64,000 nucleotides of DNA from Piscirickettsiaceae bacterium (GCA_024685975.1 JAIBDZ010000002.1:90908-154907), one strand, 5' to 3'. Counted from the first letter of the stretch, positions 1-9,822 are shown. Notes: a model not told the origin generated them from the sequence alone. Program-made: numbers and translations.

Positions 1-225
1 AATAATCCCTCGCCAAATATACGCTTCCGCACTATCACGGTTCTCTTCAACTAACATATCAGCGTTTGCTATCAATGCCTTAAAAGCCATTTTTTGTTGT
101 TGCTCTTTTAACTGATAATTCGCTTTTGCCCACTCAGTTTGGATCACCGTAATATCCTCGCTAATTTCAGCATGAACCCAAGAAGAAGACAATAACAAGC
201 CCATTACTATATAGATTACTTTCAT
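1..225 (-). CDS. hypothetical secreted protein, 5' part only (continues past the window start)
   Basis: ATG at 225-223 lies 11 nt downstream of the SDR stop and follows GGGGAG. Translation MKVIYIVMGLLLSSSWVHAEISEDITVIQTEW... has a signal-peptide-like N-terminus. It is too short for the ORF track. Confidence 0.45.
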   Translation of the reverse strand, partial: MKVIYIVMGLLLSSSWVHAEISEDITVIQTEWAKANYQLKEQQQKMAFKALIANADMLVEENRDSAEAYIWRGII

Positions 226-236
226 TTTATTCTCCC

Positions 237-1025
237 CTACAAAAAGCGCTTAATAATAGGTAATTGCTTAACAATTCCTTGCTCAACCCACGAAGGAAAA
301 ACCCCATTCAAGCGGACAAATAATGCTTCAGGCCATCCCATATAATATTGAGCCCGATGCCGTTTTTTAATAAATAACACCAATGCCTTCGCCACTGATT
401 TACTCGAATCCATTGTTGTTCCCAAAGCCAAATTCATCTCGACGACTTGGGGGCTGTTTAACGTCGTTTTTGTTGCTCTTGGTGCAAAATAACGTACATC
501 AATATTCGTATCTGCTAATTCTCGACGTAATGCTTCAGTAAAGCCACGTAAGGCAAACTTGCTAGCACAATACACGCTGAATCCTGGGTAGCCGATACTG
601 CCAAACGTTGACCCCACATTAATAATGCTTGCCTGCTGCCGTTGCTCTTTAAGCAAAGGCAATAAAGTCTGGCAAACCAATATGGCACCACACACATTGA
701 CCGCCATCATGTTGCGAATTGAGTCGGACGTCATTGATTCCAATTGTGCAAACGCACTTAAACCCGCACAATTAATGACCATATCGATCCCGCCTTTCAC
801 CTGACGACAGCAAGCCAATAATTGAGAAAGCCCTACTTCGGAGGTAATATCTGCTTCAACACAATAATGTCCGCCACCTAACTGTTGATTTAGTGAAGAC
901 AACTTAACCCTCTGTCTCCCAACCAAAATCAGAGTGGCGCCTTCTAATACCAACCGTGCTGCCACGGCACTGCCAATACCTCCACTAGCACCAGTCAATA
1001 CAATGTTTTTTTTATTTAAATCCAT
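237..1025 (-). CDS. short-chain dehydrogenase/reductase (SDR) family oxidoreductase
   Basis: N-terminal TGASGGIGSAVA cofactor-binding motif, NCAG, and catalytic YCASK (YxxxK). Length of 262 aa is typical of classical SDRs. Confidence 0.9.
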   Translation of the reverse strand: MDLNKKNIVLTGASGGIGSAVAARLVLEGATLILVGRQRVKLSSLNQQLGGGHYCVEADITSEVGLSQLLACCRQVKGGIDMVINCAGLSAFAQLESMTSDSIRNMMAVNVCGAILVCQTLLPLLKEQRQQASIINVGSTFGSIGYPGFSVYCASKFALRGFTEALRRELADTNIDVRYFAPRATKTTLNSPQVVEMNLALGTTMDSSKSVAKALVLFIKKRHRAQYYMGWPEALFVRLNGVFPSWVEQGIVKQLPIIKRFL

Positions 1026-1032
1026 TGTTTTA

Positions 1033-1683
1033 TCACCGTGTTAATTGGCGAAAAATATCGCCATATAAGCGATAAAATACCTTAGCGCAATGAATAATAT
1101 AGGCTTGCTCTTGTTCGTCTTCGATACGGTTCATTAAGGATTCAAAGAATTGAATATGTCCTTGATCTAATGCGCCATGAGATTGCAAATAACTAAAAGC
1201 CTCTTGAGGCAAACCTAAAGCCTGTCGGATCGCAGATGCAGCATGGCTGGCCGTCGTCACACTCGTACCTTCTAACACATGTACCATGCCAAAAAACCCC
1301 ACTGGATTGGTTCGCGCTATCGTGTCATAAGCATAAGACACCATCAATTCAGTTGCTAAACTTGGTTGCCCATGACGAATGCGTTCTTTATTCACCCCGC
1401 ACACTTCAATATCATTTAGAATCCACTCTTGATGACCGACCTCTTCTTCGATGTACTCTGCCACAGCCTCTCGTAACCATTCCTTCTCCTCTGGCAATTT
1501 AGCCCCCACCGCCATCAACAAAGGCACAGTATGCTTCACGTGGTGATAAGCCTCTGTCAAAAAAGCAATATAATCAGTGAGCTGAATCTGTCCTGACAAC
1601 GCTTTTTCAATAATCGGGGCTGAGAATAACTCAGCTCTCGATACCTCTGTCTCTGATTGTAATGTCGTATAAAACCCCATCAT
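1033..1683 (-). CDS. heme-oxygenase-like / iron-containing redox enzyme family protein (putative di-iron enzyme)
   Basis: All-helical 216-aa protein with EEEVGH (ExxH), HVLEG and HGALDQGH (Hx3Dx2H) motifs, resembling the CADD/PqqC/TenA-like heme-oxygenase fold. Its ATG overlaps the upstream stop (ATGA). Confidence 0.55.
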   Translation of the reverse strand: MMGFYTTLQSETEVSRAELFSAPIIEKALSGQIQLTDYIAFLTEAYHHVKHTVPLLMAVGAKLPEEKEWLREAVAEYIEEEVGHQEWILNDIEVCGVNKERIRHGQPSLATELMVSYAYDTIARTNPVGFFGMVHVLEGTSVTTASHAASAIRQALGLPQEAFSYLQSHGALDQGHIQFFESLMNRIEDEQEQAYIIHCAKVFYRLYGDIFRQLTR

Positions 1684-3143
1684 GCCTCCTTATAAAGCTG
1701 TTCAATCTGTAATTGAAAATAATCATAAATACGTTGTCTAACAGGTCGTCCATTAACTGTGTATAACCCATCGACGGCCGACATTACCGCATCATAGCAA
1801 TGCCATTTTTTTATCTTTGCATACGAAGGAAGATCTTCATTAATTCGCTGAATGGTTTGTGTTAATGCTGTTTCGCTCAATGCCATATTTCTTAACACCA
1901 ACACCGCCACACAAAAGGGTTTCGCATCACCAAAAACAACAACTTGTTTGAATAAACCAGTCGCTAACAACTCACTTTCTGGCCATTCTGGATTAATATT
2001 TCGTCCGAAGCTGGTAATCAATGTATTGTTAATACGTCCATCAATATAAAGGTAGTCATCATCGTCAACACACGCTAAGTCTCCCGTACGGACTTCGCTG
2101 GGATACCAAGAACTCGGATCAGAAACATAACCAAGATAACAGGCGCCTTTAACAACCAACTCATTGGACTCAATGCTCACTTTAAGGTGAGACAATGGTT
2201 TTCCAACACTGTCTATCTGTTGCTCTGATGATGTATTTAATGCCACGACAGAGCCACACTCTGATAAGCCATACCCTTCAAAAACGGGTAAACCAAGATG
2301 TCGTGCACGAGACAATAAATGACTTGATACTTTACTTCCTCCTACAGCAATAAAAGAGAGATAAGTAGGTCGTTTTTCTCCTTGCTCAATCGCAGCTAAT
2401 AACCCTATCAACAACTCAGGCAAGAGAATGATGGAACTCGGTTGGTAGGAGCTCATTGTCATCATAAAGCGACTAACATCAAACTGAGCACCGCCATCAA
2501 ACCCTAATACAGATAAAGGTAATGCCACGACACATCCACCATTCAAAATGGGAGCATAAATGCCAGCAATGTTTTCTAATAATGTACTAAAAGGTAAAAC
2601 AGACAAATGTTTCACCTCTGCCAACCCGACCGCCTGAGCTAGAGCCTTAGCGACTTGGCATTGATGATCAAAGCTCAGGCAAACTCCTTTAGGTTGACCT
2701 GTTGTTCCCGACGTAAAAGTGATTTTGCTCGTTCCTTCAGGTAAGGCAACAGGTTGACATTCAATTTGAGATAAAACGAGTCCATCCTTAAAAGCATCAT
2801 TCTCAGTCAATGCCATCATGCTTGAAAGACGATCGCCTTTGATATGCATCACAAACTGCGCACCAGCGTCATGCAAGGCGTGCAAAATTTGTTGATCTGA
2901 AAAAAACGAAGGAATGGGTAAAATGATGGCGCCAGAAAATTGACAAGCCAAATCGATAACGGCCCACATAGGACTATTATTAAGATATACCGCGACAACT
3001 TGACCTTGATATGACTCAAAATAAAGCTGCCAAGCCATAACTTGTTGCTCGAACTCACGCCAATTTAAACAAATATTCTCACCTCGTAAGGCAATGTCAT
3101 TTGGCTTTAATGAAGCATGTTGTTTAATAGCGGCCAATAACAT
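1680..3143 (-). CDS. AMP-dependent synthetase/ligase (adenylate-forming acyl-CoA/acyl-carrier ligase)
   Basis: Core adenylation motif TFTSGTTGQPKGV, then YGLSE and GDLA...DGRINN motifs. 487 aa. Confidence 0.9.
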   Translation of the reverse strand: MLLAAIKQHASLKPNDIALRGENICLNWREFEQQVMAWQLYFESYQGQVVAVYLNNSPMWAVIDLACQFSGAIILPIPSFFSDQQILHALHDAGAQFVMHIKGDRLSSMMALTENDAFKDGLVLSQIECQPVALPEGTSKITFTSGTTGQPKGVCLSFDHQCQVAKALAQAVGLAEVKHLSVLPFSTLLENIAGIYAPILNGGCVVALPLSVLGFDGGAQFDVSRFMMTMSSYQPSSIILLPELLIGLLAAIEQGEKRPTYLSFIAVGGSKVSSHLLSRARHLGLPVFEGYGLSECGSVVALNTSSEQQIDSVGKPLSHLKVSIESNELVVKGACYLGYVSDPSSWYPSEVRTGDLACVDDDDYLYIDGRINNTLITSFGRNINPEWPESELLATGLFKQVVVFGDAKPFCVAVLVLRNMALSETALTQTIQRINEDLPSYAKIKKWHCYDAVMSAVDGLYTVNGRPVRQRIYDYFQLQIEQLYKEA

Positions 3144-3855
3144 TCTGTCCGCTCACTTGTTTTACAAAAGAAGCTATCACGCCTTGATAATGCGACAATA
3201 CGAATGTCGCTGCTCGATGTCCTTTTAAACAGTTCATTGCATCTGGGATAGATCCCACAACCACGACCGGATCGTGATTATAATATTGTCCCCAAGAAGC
3301 ACCGTTATCATGTAACAAAGAGGGATCTGCTTCACCAAGAGGATAAGTCCGCATAGCCAATTTCGCTATAATCGACCTGACTTGTCTTGTTGCTGTAAAG
3401 ACCATCCACTTAAAACCAAGCTCATGCAATGTTGCCGCCAATAACACAAACATGATTTGGGTCGCCCCAGGTTTAGTCGAAGTCAGATTGCCTATTTCAA
3501 CAAGACCATTTCTTGAAATTGGTTCACCTAACCGATCAGCAATAATCTCTTCTATGGGTTCTTTAAAGTATTGCTCTAAAAATAAACGTCGGTTTTCAGC
3601 CGCCTGAAAACCTAAAGCCGCGTGAAATGTGTTGGCTTTCTGACTTGTCATTAAAAAAGGAAAAAAAGAGCCAATATTAGCTCGATAGCTAGAATAAAAG
3701 CTGTCTCTAATATACGTTTCAACCGCATATCTATCAGAAGATAACGTTGTAAAAAGTGAAACTGAACTATAAGAGAGCAGTAAGCGACTATTAAGTCGAC
3801 TTTTGCTGGTAAGCGCCGTATCGGACGAAAACATCCAATTTTTTATTGCTTCCAT
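3124..3855 (-). CDS. thermostable-hemolysin-like (T_hemolysin family) protein, probable acyltransferase fold
   Basis: 243 aa with LFLEQYF...PIE, VEIGNL, FKWMVFTAT and WGQYYNHDPVVVVG segments that I recall as typical of the delta-VPH thermostable hemolysin family. It overlaps the ligase start by 20 nt. Confidence 0.5.
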   Translation of the reverse strand: MEAIKNWMFSSDTALTSKSRLNSRLLLSYSSVSLFTTLSSDRYAVETYIRDSFYSSYRANIGSFFPFLMTSQKANTFHAALGFQAAENRRLFLEQYFKEPIEEIIADRLGEPISRNGLVEIGNLTSTKPGATQIMFVLLAATLHELGFKWMVFTATRQVRSIIAKLAMRTYPLGEADPSLLHDNGASWGQYYNHDPVVVVGSIPDAMNCLKGHRAATFVLSHYQGVIASFVKQVSGQNVIGRY

Positions 3856-4014
3856 TATTATTTCCTAACTCACCATAACGATGGTTGAAATAATAGGGAA
3901 TTATTCTTAAGACAATCTTAAGGAAAATAAAAGAGGAGAAAATAATCGAAAGATAACGTCATGATGACGTCAAAAACTAAGCGAGGGATAGAATAGAGAT
4001 TTTACTGCAGAAAC

Positions 4015-4091
4015 TGGTAGGCACGAGTGGATTCGAACCACCGACCCCTACCATGTCAAGGTAGTGCTCTAACCAACTGAGCTACGCGCCT
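4015..4091 (-). tRNA. tRNA-Val (anticodon GAC)
   Basis: The reverse complement folds as a 77-nt cloverleaf: acceptor AGGCGCG/CGTGCCT, anticodon stem CTACC/GGTAG with loop TTGACAT, T-loop GGTTCGAATCC, and an encoded CCA. Confidence 0.9.
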
Positions 4092-4107
4092 GCCGTTAAG
4101 CAAGAGG

Positions 4108-4135
4108 ATTATACAGACCCGCATATATTACGCAA
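4108..4135 (-). promoter_or_regulatory. sigma70-type promoter for tRNA-Val
   Basis: On the minus strand: TTGCGT, 16-nt spacer, TATAAT, ending about 17 nt upstream of the mature tRNA 5' end. Confidence 0.4.
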
Positions 4136-4243
4136 GCCCTAATAAAGAAATGTACTCAATACGTTTATATTTTCATATTCAGCTTTCACTATAACGACGT
4201 TCAAATTTCATCAATTTAAACGTCGTCACCGTGATAGGACTAT

Positions 4244-4813
4244 TTATTGTGCTGTTGCTAGACAATCCGCTACTTGTTGTTCAGTAATGCCTAAATCTTT
4301 CGACAATTGTGCAATTGTGTCTGCTTGTTGTGCCACTGTTTTTGCTTGGCTTAACATAGACACCAATTCATATTGTCCAAAGCTCGATAATACCGAGCCG
4401 GCCATATCTGTAATTGCGCCAAACATGCTTGTTTTGCTTTGCGCCAATTGAGCTTGTTCTGCTTTTTGCTGTAGACAGCCTTCTTGAGCGGCAACAGTTG
4501 GCGCTACCGTCGTCGGAGTCACTGCTTGGGTTTGTGTTACTGCTTGAGGTTGTGTAGCGGCTTTGGCCTCTGAAATCGCAATCGCGACACTGACAGAAGG
4601 TTTACCATCAACGGCAAGGCCATAGGTTTGTTGAAATTTGCCAATAGCCATTTGTGTTTTGACGCCCACTTGGCCATCTGCTGTCCCCGCATCATAACCA
4701 AGGGCATTCAAATCTTGCTGAATTTGTTTCACTAATTCATCCGCTACCGTCACGAAAGACACCGAGCTTAGAAACAAAAACATCACAAGTGCCATTACTT
4801 TTTTTAATACCAT
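4244..4813 (-). CDS. secreted peptidoglycan-binding-domain protein
   Basis: Signal peptide MVLKKVMALVMFLFLSSVSFVTVA. PG_binding_1-like segment LNALGYDAGTADGQVGVKTQMAIGKFQQTYGLAVDGK, then a Q/T/A-rich linker. Confidence 0.75.
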   Translation of the reverse strand: MVLKKVMALVMFLFLSSVSFVTVADELVKQIQQDLNALGYDAGTADGQVGVKTQMAIGKFQQTYGLAVDGKPSVSVAIAISEAKAATQPQAVTQTQAVTPTTVAPTVAAQEGCLQQKAEQAQLAQSKTSMFGAITDMAGSVLSSFGQYELVSMLSQAKTVAQQADTIAQLSKDLGITEQQVADCLATAQ

Positions 4814-4858
4814 TATTTTTCCTTTTATAGATTTATTATTTTAACTTTACAACGATGA

Positions 4859-6874
4859 CTACACTGTTTCAGGGCCAACAGCGATAGCACGAATATGTTG
4901 AATTTCATTACGCATTTTTGCCGCTTCTTCGAACTCTAAATTCTGAGCATGACGGTACATTTCTTGTTCCATCTGGTTAATTCGCTTAGCCAATTGTTTC
5001 GGCGTTAAGGCTGCATATTTCGCCTTATCTTCTGCTGTTTTAGCAATATATTGATGCTCTTCTCTATCTTCAACTTGATGATCATCAATGCTATCACGAA
5101 TCGACTTTTTCACCCCTTTAGGCGTAATACCATGCAACTCATTATGGGCTTTTTGTTTTGTTCGACGACGGTCAGTTTCATCTATCGCACGTTGCATAGA
5201 ACCGGTAATAACGTCTGCATATAAAATAGCTCTACCGTGTAAGTTTCGAGCAGCACGCCCAATTGTTTGGATCAAAGATCGTTCTGACCGTAAGAAACCT
5301 TCTTTATCCGCATCCAATATAGCGACAAGAGAAACCTCTGGAATATCAAGACCTTCTCGCAACAAGTTAATCCCAATTAACACATCAAAAACACCTAAAC
5401 GCAAGTCCCGAATAATCTCAACACGCTCAACGGTATCAATATCAGAATGTAAATAACGTACTTTCACACCATGCTCGTTGAGATATTCGGTCAGATCTTC
5501 GGCCATACGTTTGGTTAAGGTCGTGACTAATACTCGTTCGCCTTTTTCCGCCCGAATATTGGCTTCTGATAATAAATCATCGACTTGTGTCGCCACGGGC
5601 CGTATTTCGATTTCAGGATCGATTAATCCTGTTGGACGCACAACTTGTTCCACTACAGAGCTTGCATGTGTCTTTTCATAATCCGCTGGTGTCGCTGAAA
5701 CAAAAATAGTTTGAGGCGCTTGTTTTTCCCATTCTTCAAACATCAAGGGTCGATTATCTAATGCCGATGGCAAACGAAAACCATAATCCACTAATGTTTG
5801 TTTACGCGATCGATCGCCTTTAAACATGGCGCCAATTTGCGGAATCATGACATGACTTTCATCAAGCACAAGCAGTGCATCATCAGGCAAATAATCAAAT
5901 AAAGTTGGCGGTGGTTCGCCCGCTTTACGACCCGACAAATAACGTGAGTAGTTTTCAATACCGTTACAATAGCCCAGCTCTAAAATCATCTCGATATCAA
6001 ATCGTGTGCGTTGTTCTAAGCGTTGGGCTTCAACTAATTTATTTTGTTCGGTTAACTCGGCAAGCCGTAACCGCAATTCTTCTTTAATGCCATCCACCGC
6101 AGATAATAATTGTTCACGTGGCGTGACGTAATGTGTTTTCGGGTAAATGGTAATACGCGTTAAACGCTGAAAGACTTCGCCTGTTAAGGGATCGAAGTAA
6201 CTGATTTGTTCCACTTCATCGTCAAATAACTCCACCCGAACAGCATCTCGTTCTGATTCCGCAGGAAAGATATCAATCACCTCTCCCCGAACACGATACG
6301 TACCTCGATGCAGCTCTACATCATTTCGGCTATATTGCAATTCCGTTAAGCGTCGTAAAATATCGCGCTGCTGGATCGATTCTCCGATGCTTAAATGTAA
6401 TACCATTTCGAGATAAGCATCTTTATCCCCGAGACCATAGATACACGACACACTTGAAACGATAATCGAGTCACGTCGCTCTAACATCGCTTTTGTCGCG
6501 GATAAACGCATTTGCTCGATTTGCTCATTAACAGACGCATCTTTATCTATAAAGGTGTCTGATGACGGCACATACGCTTCTGGTTGATAATAATCATAAT
6601 AAGAAACAAAGTATTCCACCGCGTTGTGCGGAAAAAACTCCTTCATTTCGCTATATAATTGCGCAGCCAATGTTTTATTCGGCGCCAACACCATCACAGG
6701 ACGTTGGATCCGCTCTGCCACATTCGCAATGGTGAACGTTTTCCCCGATCCGGTCACGCCTAATAGCGTTTGCCACATCTCACCTGCTTCGATGCCTTCA
6801 ACCAATGCATCTATTGCTGCAGGCTGATCTCCAGCCGGTTCAAACTCACTCACTATTTCAAATTGTTTCGCCAT
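4859..6874 (-). CDS. uvrB: excinuclease ABC subunit B
   Basis: Unmistakable UvrB sequence ([10 protein letters not shown] Walker A, DESH box, C-terminal UVR domain). The start is moved to the internal ATG ([18 protein letters not shown]), which matches the canonical UvrB N-terminus. The track's longer ORF overlaps the divergent gene. Confidence 0.97.
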   Translation of the reverse strand: MAKQFEIVSEFEPAGDQPAAIDALVEGIEAGEMWQTLLGVTGSGKTFTIANVAERIQRPVMVLAPNKTLAAQLYSEMKEFFPHNAVEYFVSYYDYYQPEAYVPSSDTFIDKDASVNEQIEQMRLSATKAMLERRDSIIVSSVSCIYGLGDKDAYLEMVLHLSIGESIQQRDILRRLTELQYSRNDVELHRGTYRVRGEVIDIFPAESERDAVRVELFDDEVEQISYFDPLTGEVFQRLTRITIYPKTHYVTPREQLLSAVDGIKEELRLRLAELTEQNKLVEAQRLEQRTRFDIEMILELGYCNGIENYSRYLSGRKAGEPPPTLFDYLPDDALLVLDESHVMIPQIGAMFKGDRSRKQTLVDYGFRLPSALDNRPLMFEEWEKQAPQTIFVSATPADYEKTHASSVVEQVVRPTGLIDPEIEIRPVATQVDDLLSEANIRAEKGERVLVTTLTKRMAEDLTEYLNEHGVKVRYLHSDIDTVERVEIIRDLRLGVFDVLIGINLLREGLDIPEVSLVAILDADKEGFLRSERSLIQTIGRAARNLHGRAILYADVITGSMQRAIDETDRRRTKQKAHNELHGITPKGVKKSIRDSIDDHQVEDREEHQYIAKTAEDKAKYAALTPKQLAKRINQMEQEMYRHAQNLEFEEAAKMRNEIQHIRAIAVGPETV

Positions 6875-6949
6875 ACATCTTCTGCAATAATTGTCTTTGG
6901 CGTATATTACCTGACCATAAACGAAATTGTGACTCAAAAGGGAAAGATT

Positions 6950-8134
6950 TTGGAAATCAAACTATCAAATCGTGTAAAAAGCATCAAACCTTCTCCAACC
7001 TTAGCCATTACTGCACGTGCTGCAGCTTTGCGTGCCGAAGGCAAAGATGTCATTGGTCTGGGTGCGGGTGAACCTGATTTTGATACACCAGAACATATTA
7101 AACAAGCCGCTATTACAGCGCTTAATAATGGTGATACCAAATATACCCCTGTTGATGGCACTAAAACATTAAAACAAGCCGTCATTGATAAATTCGCACG
7201 AGATAACCAATTAGAGTATCAATTAGACCAAATTCTGGTTTCTGTCGGCGGTAAACAAAGCTTTTTTAATTTAAGCCAAGCTTTTATTAATCCTGGCGAT
7301 GAAGTGATTATTCCCGCGCCATATTGGGTCTCATACCCAGACATGGTATTGATTGCAGAAGGCGTGCCCGTTATCGTCGAAGCAGGCCAAGAGCAACATT
7401 ATAAAATTACGCCAGATCAGCTTGAAGCTTCGATTACAGATAAAACCAAATTATTTGTCATCAATAGCCCTTCAAACCCATCTGGTATGGCATACACCAA
7501 AGCAGAGTTAATGGCATTAGGTGATGTCTTACGCCAACACCCTAATATCCTCATCGCTACCGATGATATGTATGAACATATCTTATGGGCAGACGACGGT
7601 TTTCATAACATAGTCACCGCTTGTCCTGACTTATATCAGCGCACAATCGTCTTAAACGGCGTTTCTAAGGCCTATTCCATGACTGGATGGCGTATTGGTT
7701 ATGCGGCAGGTCCTGCGCCTTTAATCGCAGCGATGAAAAAGATTCAATCTCAAAGCACATCCAACCCTGCATCCATTTCACAAGCAGGCGCCGTTGAAGC
7801 ATTAAACGGTGACCAACAATGTGTACAAGACATGCTAGTTGCCTTTAAAAAACGTCACGATATGGTCGTTGACAAACTCAATGCCATTAAAGGAATCAAT
7901 GCCTTACCCAGCGATGGGACTTTTTATGTCTTCCCGAATATTAGCGAAGCCATTGCAGCTATGCCGGGCGTCAATGATGACCTTGAGTTTGCAGAAGCTT
8001 TATTAGTGGATAAAGGCGTTGCCGTTGTCCCAGGTACGGCATTTGGCCTTAAAAACCACATGAGATTATCGATCGCTACCAGCGAAGAGAACCTAAATGC
8101 AGCCTTAGAACGCATCGCTGAATTTATAAATTAA
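6950..8134 (+). CDS. class I pyridoxal-phosphate aminotransferase (aspartate aminotransferase-like)
   Basis: [17 protein letters not shown] and [13 protein letters not shown] (PLP lysine) motifs. Probable TTG start at 6950, preceded by AAGGGA 6 nt upstream. The track's 6770 start would run through the uvrB 5' end. Confidence 0.9.
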   Translation: MEIKLSNRVKSIKPSPTLAITARAAALRAEGKDVIGLGAGEPDFDTPEHIKQAAITALNNGDTKYTPVDGTKTLKQAVIDKFARDNQLEYQLDQILVSVGGKQSFFNLSQAFINPGDEVIIPAPYWVSYPDMVLIAEGVPVIVEAGQEQHYKITPDQLEASITDKTKLFVINSPSNPSGMAYTKAELMALGDVLRQHPNILIATDDMYEHILWADDGFHNIVTACPDLYQRTIVLNGVSKAYSMTGWRIGYAAGPAPLIAAMKKIQSQSTSNPASISQAGAVEALNGDQQCVQDMLVAFKKRHDMVVDKLNAIKGINALPSDGTFYVFPNISEAIAAMPGVNDDLEFAEALLVDKGVAVVPGTAFGLKNHMRLSIATSEENLNAALERIAEFIN

Positions 8135-8153
8135 TAAAAATGTCAGATGATGC

Positions 8154-8182
8154 TTGACCCAACGAGAACAAGCATCTATCAT
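8154..8182 (+). promoter_or_regulatory. sigma70-type promoter for tRNA-Asn
   Basis: TTGACC (8154-8159), 17-nt spacer, TATCAT (8177-8182), 14 nt before the tRNA. Confidence 0.4.
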
Positions 8183-8196
8183 ACTCGTCTTTCTAA

Positions 8197-8272
8197 TCCC
8201 TGATAGCTCAGTTGGTAGAGCAAATGACTGTTAATCATTGGGTCGCTGGTTCGAGTCCAGCTCGGGGAGCCA
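8197..8272 (+). tRNA. tRNA-Asn (anticodon GUU)
   Basis: 76-nt cloverleaf: acceptor TCCCTGA/TCGGGGA, anticodon loop CTGTTAA, T-loop GGTTCGAGTCC, encoded CCA. Confidence 0.92.
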
Positions 8273-8283
8273 AGATATATAAA

Positions 8284-8321
8284 GCCTTAGCAAATTAATC
8301 TAGCTAAGGCTTTTTTATTGG
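8284..8321 (+). terminator. tRNA-Asn rho-independent terminator; also left copy of a 38-bp direct repeat
   Basis: 9-bp stem AGCCTTAGC/GCTAAGGCT followed by TTTTTT. The same 38 bp recur at 15638-15675 with one mismatch. Confidence 0.8.
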
Positions 8322-8360
8322 GTTTCGTGAATTTTTCGTAAAATTAATAAAGCCATATCT

Positions 8361-8923
8361 TCAAATGTGGTGTGGGGCCAAATACGAAAATAACCTTTCT
8401 TGTTCATCCCAATCTAAAGGGTAAGCTGGTTTTTGCTCAGTTACACGAAATAACTTAATCTTAGGAGCCGAAGCCAACCACGTTAAATTGTATTCATCAA
8501 CCCACGTTTCAGCATAATTAAGAATTTGACAAGCCACTTTGAGCCTATGATTAAGCGTATTTGTCTTAACACCGTTGCCTTTTCTTCAATCAATCCATGG
8601 CTGTAAAGTCTCCATATGAAGGTTATTAAGCGGCATATTTCCTATCCAAGAGCTCCTTTATACGATTTTTCTGATAAATATTTCTCAGCGGCTTCACTAA
8701 GAATTCTCTCTTTGCGTACACTATAATTTTGAGCCTGCCTTGAATCTTCCATTAATTTAGCTAAAAACTTTTCAGCTTCTTCTAAATTAGATGGTTTTGT
8801 ACTTTTACAAACGCGTTTGCCATTAATATGCTTATCAATGTGCCAAATATTGTTCTTTATAATAATTCCTGCACTTGCTTTACGTCCTACATAAAACTCC
8901 TTACGTTGATTAGAAGAAGTCAT
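8361..8923 (-). pseudogene. tyrosine-recombinase (phage-type integrase) remnant, N-terminal part only
   Basis: The minus strand reads MTSSNQRKEFYVGRK...AEKYLSEKSYKGALG*. It continues in another frame as HMETLQPWID*RKGNGVKTNTLNHRLKVACQILNYAETWVDEYNLTWLASAPKIKLF...YPLDWDEQERLFSYLAPHH. That gives one frameshift and two in-frame stops, and the catalytic domain is absent. Confidence 0.65.
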
Positions 8924-9480
8924 TGGTATTCTTTCACGCACCAAAACACCGTAACATTGCAAAAAAATGACGACAAGATTTCCCCAAAAATGCTTGTTGC
9001 CATCAATAACATTGAACTTGCCAGATTAGCTCACTAGAGAGGAGAAATAGCAACAAAATTTGCAATAGCACTCGCTAGTAAAGCAAAAAAAAAGTAGAAG
9101 TAAGAGCCTTGCTTGATAACTTTGGTATCCAGCGACTAAAAAAAGAGTTATCAAAATATGGCAAGCCAAAACTATTTTAGTGAGCAATCTAATTAGGCGT
9201 CTATATACATTCTTATCAACCAATAATGCTCCACACTAAAATTATTTTAATTGCTAGTAAGTACTTTATCTTGCATTGGTTCGCCCAATTTCAATCAACG
9301 CTCAATGGGCAAAGATGAGCAAATCGCACTCTGTATTATCAACACAATGACTTAATACAATAGAACAACACTTTGCCGATGAATTAACGCATTCATCGCC
9401 TTACAACATTGAGCAATGGCAAAACCGGCCTTGGAAAACAAAAGCCAAAAAATGGCTTCCATCACACCTAAACATCAGCT

Positions 9481-9514
9481 TTGACGTCTTTTCCTGATGT
9501 CAGTTATAACTGAC
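9481..9514 (+). promoter_or_regulatory. candidate promoter with overlapping perfect 16-bp palindrome upstream of csbD-like gene
   Basis: TTGACG (9481-9486), 18-nt spacer, TATAAC (9505-9510). The palindrome GTCAGTTATAACTGAC (9499-9514) covers the -10 element. Confidence 0.35.
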
Positions 9515-9618
9515 AAGCTATTCATCCTCTGCTGATACTCCTTATTTACCGCTTTTCCTATAGTGGTTCTACAGATTAATACTCTGTCTTGTTATAACTT
9601 TAAATTTAGGAGACTAAA

Positions 9619-9822
9619 ATGAATACTGATATTATTGAAGGTAATTGGAAACAGCTCAAAGGTAAAGCACAACAAAAATGGGGAAAATTAACCAACGATG
9701 ATTTGGACCTAGTTGAAGGTCAATCTGAAGAGCTCGCTGGCAAAATCCAAGAAAGATACGGTGTCTCAAAAGATGAAGCTGAAAAACAAGTTGAAGAATG
9801 GTGCAAAGAGCAGAATCACTAA
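9619..9822 (+). CDS. CsbD-family general stress protein
   Basis: 67 aa: [42 protein letters not shown] is the CsbD signature. GGAG lies 7 nt upstream of the ATG. Confidence 0.9.
   Translation: MNTDIIEGNWKQLKGKAQQKWGKLTNDDLDLVEGQSEELAGKIQERYGVSKDEAEKQVEEWCKEQNH

Noticed and set aside
515-6827. Short ORFs nested in or antisense to the SDR, ligase, di-iron and uvrB genes (for example 515-697, 1236-1502, 1852-2049, 2849-3058, 5088-5456, 5478-5681, 5875-6087, 6624-6827)
   Set aside because: These are shadow frames of well-supported long genes and have no ribosome-binding sites or recognisable motifs. The same applies to similar nested ORFs throughout the EPS and cox regions.
6770-6949. 5' extension of the aminotransferase ORF in the track (start 6770), and the 21-codon 5' extension of uvrB (to 6937)
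   Set aside because: The two extensions overlap each other on opposite strands. Neither matches the conserved N-terminus of its family. Internal starts with Shine-Dalgarno sequences give canonical protein lengths.
6875-6949. LexA (SOS) box in the uvrB/aminotransferase divergent promoter region
   Set aside because: No CTGT-N8-ACAG or CTG-N10-CAG element is present on either strand.
8828-9223. ORFs 8828-9037 (+) and 9026-9223 (-)
   Set aside because: They have low-complexity, Cys/Phe/Leu-rich translations in AT-rich DNA next to the integrase remnant, with no RBS. They are most likely non-coding.
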